Positions 54,122 through 64,000 of a DNA stretch of 64,000 nucleotides are shown here, one piece after another (the first letter of the stretch is position 1; each line of letters opens with the position of its first letter). Source of the DNA: Octopus vulgaris (Eukaryota); contig OX597819.1 in assembly GCA_951406725.2 (NCBI GenBank), positions 135,346,001 to 135,410,000 on the forward strand, in the 5' to 3' direction. The translations under genes were made by a program, and so were the position numbers. Below the pieces are notes generated by a model. It saw only the letters and a list, made by a program, of their open reading frames with translations, searched no databases and had not been told where the DNA came from.

Positions 54122-54342
54122 CCCTTTCCTTGCCATATTTCTGTTGAGGTTCTCTGTGTTTCTTTCAATTACTTTAAATATAACAAAGAATTTAGTAAAA
54201 TAACTTAGTTATCATTCAGCTAGTGTTAGGGACATAAATTGTGACTAAGGTTTGGTGGAAGATTTTAATTCAGAATGTATGAAAACAAGACATTTGTACT
54301 ACAGAGCCAGAGGCGGTTTCAGCCATGTTGGTAACGAAAGGG
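54122..54342. mobile_element. piggyBac-type MITE (second copy 59913-60103; related element ~61716-61940)
   Basis: TTAA|CCCTTTC...GAAAGGG|TTAA. Confidence 0.8.
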
Positions 54343-55833
54343 TTAATTAATTAGATTCTTTTTCTTATCTTTTTCTGTGTTTTTTTTGCTTTCAATTTTT
54401 CTCCTCCCCTTCCAACACCATTTTTACTATTTTTTTCTTCTTTTCTTCGGGTGAACCAACGAGATAACTCCTTACACTACACCTGTAGTTCTGGTTACAC
54501 AGACACAGTTGACCTGTTAATTCACATTGGCATTAATGCCAATATCGGAGAGAAATATGGTGACACACCCTTACATTTGGCTGTTTGAAAGTAAGTCCCT
54601 TTCGATTCTGGAATATCCAAATCTGTTTCTTTTGCACTTTCAATAATGTTTGTCGCATTTTTTCAATGAGTCATTCATGCCATAATCCCACCATGGGGTT
54701 GTTGTCGTTCTTCCCTCTTTCACACTGTAATGTCACTGTAATCTTCTTCATCATCATCGTTTAACGTCCGCTTTCCATGCTAGCATGGGTTGGATGATTT
54801 GACTGAGGGCTGGCGAACCAGATGGCTGCACCAGGCAACAATCTTGATCTGGCAGAGTTTCTACAGCTGGATGCCCTTCCTAACGCCAACCACTCCGAGA
54901 GTGTAGTGGGTGCTTTTACGTTCCACTGGCACGGGGGCCAGTCAGGAACGACCTCACTCGAATCTTTTTACACATGCCACCGGTACAGGTGCCAGTAAGG
55001 CGAGGCTGGTAACGATCACACTCGAATGGTGCCTTTTATGTGCCACTGGCACGGAAGCCAGTTAGCTGCTCTGTCAACGATCACACTCGTATGGTGCTCT
55101 TTGTACCCCACTAGCACAGATGCCAGTCATCGAATTTGATTTTAATTTTACTTTAATTAATCATCACCATAGTTTTTGTCGTTGTTCTTACCTGACTGGT
55201 TATCTCATTCTCCGTTACCTCAACGTTACAGGTTCAAACCCTCCATTTTCTTCTGTTCATCGCACGTAAAACTTCCGTCTTCTCTCTCTCTCTCCCTCTT
55301 GTAATTTCCCTTTTTCCTCTGACCCTGGGCTAAATACAGAATCACCCCCTTTCAGTATTTACATTTGTTTCTTTATGTCCCATGTTCAAATCTTGCCAGA
55401 GTATCTATTACCACTCTGGGGTCATTATAATATGTACCAGTAATATCCAGGGGTTTATGCAATAAACTGTTTTCCCTCTCCTCTGTGGTTCTTGTGTCTT
55501 ATTACTGTTGGACAAAATACCTTGTGGTATTTATTTATGACTCTATATGTTCTGAGTTCAAATCCTGCCAAGATCGACTTGTCCTTCCATCTTTGCAAGG
55601 TTGATAAAATGCAATACCAGTCATATAATGGGGTCCATACAACTATCTATAGCCCTTGTTTCCTTCCTAAATTTCATGTTTATATAACTGTTGTTCATTG
55701 TACCATATATACATTTCTGTGTTTACTCAGGTGTGTATATATCATTTTTGTACTGTGTAGAGTGTGTAGTGAATAAATATCTATGTGAGTGTGTGTAACT
55801 AATTGCTGTAATTATGTTGACTTAATTACATTT

Positions 55834-56520
55834 GTTTTCTCTAATGACCTAATAATTATTAATTATTTCTATCATTGTGATGTTTGTATTTTTCACGTTT
55901 TTCTTCCCTCTTTCCATAACTTCCAGCCAACATCATGATGTGGTGGCTTTGATGCTGGCCGAGGTTAGTTAACAAATGCATATTATATACACTCTCTAGT
56001 CTTTGATTGATCTGTTAAATATTGATATCATTAAGGTACCAGTGAAATAATGGGGGTAGGTTTAATCACCTGTATACTCTTTTACTTGTTTCAGTCATTT
56101 GACTGTGGCCATGCTGGAGCACCACCTTTAGTCGAACAAATCGACTTAGTGATTCAGCAAAAGAGACCGATAGAATAAGTACTAGGCTTACAAAGAATAA
56201 GTCCTGGGGTCGATTTGTTCGACTAAAGGTGGTGCTCCAGCATGGCCACAGTCAAATGACTGAAACAAGTAAAAGAGTATACAGGTGATTAAACCTACCC
56301 CCATTATTTCACTGGTACCTTAATGATATCAATATTTAACAGATCAATCAAAGACTAGAGAGTGTATATAATATGCATTTGTTAACTAACCTCGGCCAGC
56401 ATCAAAGCCACCACATCATGATGTTGGCTGGAAGTTATGGAAAGAGGGAAGAAAAACGTGAAAAATACAAACATCACAATGATAGAAATAATTAATAGTT
56501 ATTAAGTCATTAGAGAAAAC
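55834..56520. repeat. Near-perfect inverted duplication (arms 55834-56145 and 56209-56520) that includes the 37-nt ankyrin exon
   Basis: About 310-bp arms with very few mismatches and a 63-bp SINE-derived spacer. Confidence 0.95.
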
Positions 56521-57696
56521 GAAACTCAAACCAGTAACTCCCCAATACTGTGATAATTTATGTTTTGAAGGACCACCTAATTGGGGCTCCACTATTTTTA
56601 CTGCATTTCAAAATAAATATTTGGCATTGGAGCAATGACGATAAATTTCATACCATGAATGCCCAGGGAGTATCGTAAGGAGGTTCGATTTCTTTTCTAC
56701 TCTGGGCACAAGGCCCGAAATTTTGAGGCCTGTCGAGTAGATCAACCTCAGTATGCAACTGGTACTTCATTTATCGATCCCAAGAGGATGAAAGTCAAAG
56801 TCGACATTGGCGGAATTTGAACTCAGAACATAAAGACAGACTAAATACTGCTAAGCATTTCGCCCGGCGTGCTAACGTTTCTAATTTCTTTACTACCCAC
56901 ACGGGGCTAAACACAGAGGGGACAATCAAGGACAGATAAATGGATTAAGTCGATTACGTCGACCCCAGTTCCTAACTGGAACTTAATTTATCGATGCCGA
57001 AAGGATGAAAGGCAAAGTTGACCTCAGCGGAATTTGAACTCAGAACGTAGCGGCAGACAAAATACCACTAAGCATTTTGCCCAACGTGCTAACGTTTCTG
57101 CCAGCTCACCACCATAGGAGTTTCAATTTAATTTCTGAAGGGCCTCTTAAATGGGGCCCCACTTACCCCCTTCTCCTATTTTTACTTGCTCCTGTGTTTA
57201 TTGATTGAATTATGACCAGCATCAGTGCTTAGCATATTTACAGAAGCTAATCTTGAAGCTGCCTTACCATAGTAAGGGATAAAGGTAGCTTAGGCTGAAG
57301 CAATTTGTTTATGAAGCCTTTATCGTGTATCTAACACATACACAGAGCAAATTATAGAAGACATCATGAAGGTTAACTTTATTGACAGACAGCAAATGTG
57401 TCTGATCAGTTTGATCAAATACCCAGTAGAAGATAATAACGACACATTGATATTCACCTGGATTTTCATGTAAATTTTCATTTTCTATTTTTACCTCCAC
57501 AAAGGGTTCAGTGAAATCAGAATTGAAGAACAATCAGAAAATGACACTGTTGCTTGAAGCCGTTTCCAGGGGCCACCTCGCGAAATGCTGTTGATGGTGA
57601 AGGCAATAACTGTTTGCACCTTGCTTTGAAAAGAGATGTTTAATTCCGAGGGTACACCCATGGATATTTTAGATGAGATAAATTTTACAATTGTTT

Positions 57697-57759
<63 letters not shown>

Positions 57760-58199
57760 CTGTGTGTGAGTGTGAGAGAGAGACAGAAAGACAGACAAGT
57801 TTTGCTTGTCATGTATCAATTCTCCCCTATCAACCCCATCCTCCATTACCATTCCGTGATCCAGTCTCCCCTTATGACCCGAGTGATATTATGTAACAAA
57901 CAATATTCCATCTCCTTTCACTCTCAAAGATGTCGTCTCACCACGGTCGAGAGGTGACCCATCTCGGTTGTTGGCCATATAAACCCAACCATCACAATGT
58001 GACAGAGAAGTGGCCTATTTAATAGAGGAGATATTATTCTCAATTAACAATGATGCAGGATAGAAGAGATGTCTGAGCTTTATAGTGCTGGTGCCATGGT
58101 ACATATATCCGGCCCTTTCCATGAATAATTCTGACTGAAACTGCTCTCTATCACACTTCTTGTACATGACATGAATCCACTGACTTCTTGTAGATATAT

Positions 58200-58720
58200 A
58201 ACAATTCTATATTTAAGAGATGAGGAATTACGTACATTATTTACATTTGACACGCATATGGCATAGTGGTTAAGAGCGCAGGCTACTAACCCCCAAGATT
58301 CCAAGTTCAATTCCAGGCAGTGACATGAATAATAATAATAATATCGAAAATACCTTAGGAATGAGAACCCAGGTTCGAAATTTCCCCAAGACACCCGATG
58401 AAGGTCGGAGGATATATCAGCCGAAACAACAAGATGAGGACAAATATCCGTCAATTGTAAATAATGTAACCACTACACCATATGCATGTGGGCATATGGC
58501 ATAGTGGTTAAGAGCGGGGGCTACTAATCCCAAGATTCTGAGTTCGATTCCAGGGTGTGACCTGAATAATAATAATAATAGCATCGAAAAATACTTAGGA
58601 ATGAGAACCCAGGTTCGAAATTTTCCCCAAGACAATTGATAAAGGCTGGAGGGTATATCAGCTGAAACGTTGTGTTAACAACAAACAAGATAAGGACATC
58701 CATCAAATGTAAATAATGTC
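58200..58720 (+). mobile_element. Tandem dimer (238-bp period) of a tRNA-headed, hammerhead-containing short element
   Basis: Each unit has an A box (TGGCATAGTGG), a B box (GTTCRATTCC), (AAT)n, then a hammerhead-like motif (58390-58426, 58631-58676). Confidence 0.8.
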
Positions 58721-59385
58721 ATAACAATGTTCAACGTTGGGACACTAGAGAATGGATACAATGAAGCATGGTCCTTAGTGAGTTTTCCTGTATTTAAGTT
58801 TTGTATGTACAGTTAGGTACACGCACACACACACATGAAAGTAATGATTTTCAGTTTAGGTATACACCTTCTAGTATGCTGGTTAAAGCCTGTTCACCGT
58901 ATTCGGCTATCTGATGTCATCAACAGTACAGATTTAAATACCATTGGATTTACTTCATGTCTGTAGATTTTTATGAAATATGAGAAAAAGAATATGGAAT
59001 GAAGAGTCTCATGAATTCCATTTTTCATTCTTCCATATTTTCTCATATCATATATATATACATATATATACATACATATCATCATCATCATCGTTTAACA
59101 TCCATTTTCCATGCTAGCATTAGTTGGACAGTTCGACCAGGGTCTGCGAAGCCTGGAGGCTGCACCAAGCACCAGTCCGATCTGGCAGAGTTTCTACAGC
59201 TGGATGCCCTTCCTAACGCCAACCACTCCGTGAGTGTAGTGGGTGCTTTTTACGTGCACAGGGGCCAGAGGAGACTGGTTAACGGCCACGATCGGATGGT
59301 GCTTTTACGTGTCACTGGTATGGGTGTCTTAACTACAATTTCCATTCAATTTTCATTTGATGTTGGTGTTAATGTACTTGACTCA

Positions 59386-59461
<76 letters not shown>

Positions 59462-59536
59462 TTATATAGAGAGAGAGAGAAAGAAAAAGATAAATTAAGA
59501 CATGGAATCAAACACATGCTATTTAAACCATCTATA

Positions 59537-59626
59537 CTTCCAACATATGTTTCGAGAAAAGTACTGAGATTCTTCCAGAGAGAATAAAAAATTATGTAAA
59601 ACAATGCAATCATCTCATCAGGGAAG
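59537..59626 (-). ncRNA. Type I hammerhead motif with long stem II insertion
   Basis: rc: cttcc-CTGATGA-ga...tc-GAAA-catatg-TT-ggaag. 5-bp stem I and palindromic stem III. Confidence 0.65.
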
Positions 59627-60624
59627 GAAAGGAACAAAACACATCAATAAACCATTTTAACAGAATGTGATTACCGCGTACGTTAGTAGTATATGATGTA
59701 AGGAGAAAGCGAGCAAGTTATTTTTTTTAAAAGCCTTTAATAGATTGTCAAAAAGAATATTTCACCATTTTTCTACATTTAGACATATCGACAAACGCAA
59801 CAATACTGGGCTTCGTAAATTAATGTCGAAAATAAAGTAAAAAACGAATGAGAATGGGAAATGATATGAATTAGAGATGATGGAGGTAGTTAATATTTTA
59901 TAATTGGTTTAACTCTTTCGTTACTGTATATATTTTGAGATGCTCTGTTTCTTTCAATTATTTTAAATATAACAAAGAATTTAGTAAAATAACTTATAAT
60001 TCAGCTAGTGTTAGGAACATAAATTGTGGAAGATTTTAATTCAGAACTTTTGAAATCAAGACATGTGTACTACAGAGCCTGAGCTGGGTTGGTAACGAAA
60101 GGGTTAATTACTGGATAAACAAACTATGACTAGATTTATATGATCTGTTCTGTAATTAGAGGCATCTGTTATGAATATCTGTGTAATATTGTTATCATTT
60201 TATATTTCATCATTTGTAGTGCTGCACTGAGCTCAGCTTGAGAAAAGACGAAAGGTTCTCTGGCCTTGTGGTTACCAGATATCTAGCCAGCCAGGGAGCC
60301 GACTTTTACTATAAAAATGGCAAAAATAACACACCATTGGACCTCATTAAAAACCCAAATTTGAAAACAAAATTACAAACACTTTTACTGCCACAGTATT
60401 TCCTGGCAATGACAAGATAAACTATTTTGTATATAATAATCATGTTTATATGTGTGTTTCGTTTAAATTCTAACAATAAATAAAACTGTTGCTAGTGTTT
60501 TGATGAAAGGTAGCAGAAAACAACAATTATAGTTGTTGGGTGGTCAAAGAAAGAACACTGTTTCAATTACATTCACATAATGGGTTCTATTGACAGAGGT
60601 ACCTCACTGGCACCCCACATTTTT

Positions 60625-60656
<32 letters not shown>

Positions 60657-61223
60657 TGGACTATTTAGCTACACACAAATCTGCCAATATGTAATGGTTT
60701 AAAGAATTTCTGATGTACTCTTGATTGTCACTGAAGTGTCTCATAATATTATCTTCTGTAAACACGTACGCAATGTCATATTTCTTATAAATGAATGTTA
60801 TTGATTAGATATGTTTGTATTTCATTGCACAGATGATTGTGGTGCAGAAATAAAGCGGCCACAACAAAAGTTCATCCCTGTGGACACCTTGTGACATGTG
60901 AAGAATGTTCAAACGTTTCACTGAAACGATGTCTGAGGTGTTTAAAACCTGTAACAAGCAGAAGTCGAGTTGGTAAGAATGCTCTTTGATGATCTGTCTG
61001 TTTGTCCTGCTTGTCTCATTGCCCTTATTGTGTAGAATAATCTACTACATGTAAAATTAAATACTATCAGCAGCAATGTTTAACAAAGAGATTAGGTGTA
61101 TGTTTATCCTTCTTGAAGTGGTTGTGACATTTGTTTGTCACTAGATCTTTGATGAATAACTTGTCTGACATTGGAATTAAGATTAGTCTTGAGAACAATG
61201 CCATGTAATAGATTTGGCATACG

Positions 61224-61550
61224 GAAAGAGAGCGACCCCTTCAGTCATGACTGTCCATGAGATTGAACCTAGAAAGTTACTTTCCCAGACACAAGTCCGG
61301 ACAAAGTTGATTATGGAAGACCAGCAGTTGCCCAGGCCTCCCCTCTCCGCGCCACCAGTGTTATCCATGGGGAGGGCAAAGGGGCCGATACAGCTTGGCC
61401 ATAGCTTTTGTTACAGCTGAGTGAACTGGAGCAACGTGAAATAAAGTATCTTGCTCAAGAACACAACACGCAGCCCGGTCCGGGATTCGAACTCACAACC
61501 TCACGACCATAAGCTCAACGCTCTAACCACTGAGTCATGCGCCTTCACAT
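61224..61550 (-). mobile_element. Third tRNA-derived SINE family
   Basis: rc head GCATGACTCAGTGGTTAGAGCG...GAGTTCGAATCCC, then TTCTTGAGCAAGATACTTTATTTCAC. Confidence 0.75.
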
Positions 61551-62055
61551 GATTTGGCACAGATATAAGCAAAGTAAACAAAACTTAGAGATAAACTGTA
61601 ATTAAGTGATAATTAAGTGATATAATTGCAACATTGTTAGATTATGTAAGATGTCTTAATAGAGGAAATTTACGAAGATCAATCAAATGTTTGTTTTGGA
61701 TCTAAATATTGTTGAATCCTTTAGTGTTCAGATTACTCTGTTAAATGTAATATTTTTTTATTCAAATTGTTTTGAATTAATCATGCATTATCTTATATCT
61801 TTGAGGTTTCAATGGTGCGATTGTTTATTTTTAGAATGTCAATTTAGGTTTGGTATGAGAGGCTTCATATTGCCAGTTTGAATATAAAACATATAGAATA
61901 TTTGGGCCGGATATGGCCGGTTTAAACACTAAATGGTGAAAGTATAAAATTATTGTCCAAAGCCATTGTGATTGCTGGTTGACCATTCATGTTAGGAATG
62001 TCTCTCAATAATAAAATTTAGATTGTTAATAAAGATAAAGAATTTTACTATAACA

Positions 62056-62436
62056 CTAGCAGTATCGCCCGGTGTTGCTCGGGTTTGTTTCGACACCTTA
62101 GAACTGGAATTTTTGAAAAGGAAAATTTTGGCATTATATAGCTTGTTATTCTCTTTAAGTGAACATTTTTCTGGTTGAAATACACCGAAAAATGGCGTCA
62201 CAGCAGTAAAAAAAATCGTAAAAATTAGGGATTTTCATAGAAAAAAAGCAGCTTTTTGATGTATATAATTTTTGGTATTAACATGGTCCGATTTGAAAGG
62301 AAGGAAGAACAAGCCTTCTTCTATCATACTCTCAATTTTGGTCAACTTGCGCCGCAGGGTCTCAGAGGAGATAATGTTAGTTGAAGGCTACCAAACCTGC
62401 CATACACAGACAACTTCAGCTTTATATATAGAAAGA
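62056..62436 (-). mobile_element. Non-autonomous Helitron
   Basis: rc 5' A|TC, subterminal hairpin CCCG..CGGG (62068-62083), 3' CTAG|T. Confidence 0.8.
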
Positions 62437-64000
62437 TTGTTAATACTGTTACTGTTATTTCTTATTGTATCTTTTGCAGGTATTTTTTTAGGAATTCCAG
62501 CAATTGACCAGGATATTATCAAGAACGATTTCCCTTGTGACACAGTAAAACGGAGTTATCAAATGCTTTGTGAGTGGTTTATAAATTATAAACCAGAGGA
62601 ACATACAGTTGAAACCCTCAGAAAAGCCTTTAAAGATGCTGAGTGCTTTGCTGCCCTTGAGTATCTCTCATTAGATGAACGGTGAATTTCTGTGTAAATT
62701 CTGCTGTTGTTTACTCCAAGGTGAATGCTGACCAAAGAGAGACCTTTGACGAAAGTATAGAGAACCAAGAACCACATTCTCCAATGTGTCCTCCTTTACA
62801 ATGATGAGGTGTGGAGTGCAGTGGATTTAGCTACTAATTCTAGCAGATCTATCTCTCACATAAGAGATACCCTTCACTTGTTTGGTTCTTTTGTTAGAAA
62901 TTAACTTTTGAAATAAAGATAAACTTTGAAATATCCGTTCGTTGTTGTTGCCATACTTAATTGCCTCCTTAAACGCTTCCATTGTTATATCGGCAGATTT
63001 AACATCCTCCCATACGTTGATGGTTATCTACCTTCATTTATAGCTGAGAGTAGAATGCTTGGTACTTAAGGTTATCCGGAAAGTTCATGTCGATTATTTA
63101 AGGAAATTAGAAGAGAAAACAATATTATGTGATTGAATATTTATTCAACTAAATATGAACCATTTTGTTGCACAACCTTTCTCCTTTCTCCATTTTTCCT
63201 TCAACATAAAGATTCCAGCATCCCAGAATTGGCTCCTATGCCAGCTTCCAAATCCTGTTTTATGATTAGGTAATATTTGTTAAACCTTAAACCTCACTAA
63301 CCTTTTTCTGCAACTTTTCTGCAACAAATAAATAACAAAGTCATTTCAAGTTACTAAATTTGGAAATATTGACCTAGTTATACTCTCCCAAAATATGTGA
63401 CAGTAACAGGGATGTCCCCACAAAATTAGAGAGACAGACAGTTATAGGACGTGTCACACACACACACACACGTTTAAATACGTACACACAGGGAATCACG
63501 AGTTTAAAATGTTGTATAATAGACATATGCATGTACCCTGTATATATATATATTCATATGTATGCGTGTGTCTATGTGTGAGTATTTCTTTGCCGATAAA
63601 CATCAGAAAAGCCACCCACTCTGTCTCTCATGAAAGCTACGTATTCATAAAATACACCCTTCTCTGTGTATGTGTGTGTTGTATCAATGTATTTACAAAA
63701 GTATGTATGCAGCGCCGCGTGTTTATGACAGCTATATTATCATTAAAATCCCATTCTTGCTGATGTTCTCGCCTTCACTGATAGAATTCTCCCTCTCTCT
63801 TTGATACTCTCTTTCAGTCAAATTAGTACATTTTGCAACTTTATCATTTTAAAATTTTATTTGTTCCAATGCCCCTGGGTTGCACATTATAGATTTTTAT
63901 AGGAATCCAATTAGCTTATCACTTAACTGAATGTTAGTGTAACATGAACGGAAAGTTTCGTGAATATTGGTTCATTGGTTTAAACATTAAGATGGTAAAA

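Larger units (their letters stand above)
52403..62685 (+). pseudogene. Ankyrin-repeat + C3HC4 RING + death-domain gene (MIB2-like ANK/RING), unprocessed pseudogene
   Basis: Exons: 52403-52479 (1-nt frameshift); 54451-54590 (GDTPLHLAV*, acceptor CGG); 55927-55963; 57505-57677 (two exons fused by deletion, frameshifts, donor AT); 60220-60395 (GADFYYKNGKNNTPLDL); 60833-60972 (*LWC..PCGHLVTCEEC..CLRC); 62480-62685 (death-domain-like C-terminal half). Splice phases are consistent where junctions survive. Confidence 0.85.

Noticed and set aside
58254-58330. tRNA gene
   Set aside because: Has A and B boxes but no convincing acceptor stem, and is fused to a repeated body; it is a tRNA-derived head.
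62272-62479. N-terminal part of the 137-aa ORF 62272-62685
   Set aside because: Helitron and intron sequence fortuitously in frame with the real exon that starts at 62480.
63066-63340. Possible mariner-like terminal remnant (GGTTATCCGGAAAGTTC...)
   Set aside because: Too degenerate, with no second terminus or transposase frame visible.

Overview
AT-rich, microsatellite-saturated eukaryotic DNA, probably from an octopus or other coleoid cephalopod (inferred from the SINE families, not verified). Most ORFs in the supplied track are microsatellite artefacts. Real content: (1) a decayed ankyrin-RING-death-domain gene on + (exons from 52403 to 62685), plus the intact first coding exon of a divergently oriented paralogue on - (3083-3160) with about 1.3 kb of shared flank and intron; (2) a ~4.9-kb unit tandemly repeated about 4 times (5.4-25.1 kb) with copy-specific deletions and insertions; (3) retroelements: a near-full-length GC-rich RTE LINE, a CR1-group LINE, an RLE-type (HERO-like) LINE remnant, two Penelope-like elements, a probable solo LTR, many SINEs, MITEs and two non-autonomous Helitrons; (4) three large inverted repeats (arms about 2.1 kb, 0.62 kb and 0.31 kb); (5) most notably, about a dozen type-I hammerhead-ribozyme motifs in apparently unrelated sequence contexts. 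These include a 430-bp 1.5-mer retrozyme-like insert and a tRNA-headed (Pol III) hammerhead dimer. All alignments and folds were done by eye, and element boundaries are approximate.
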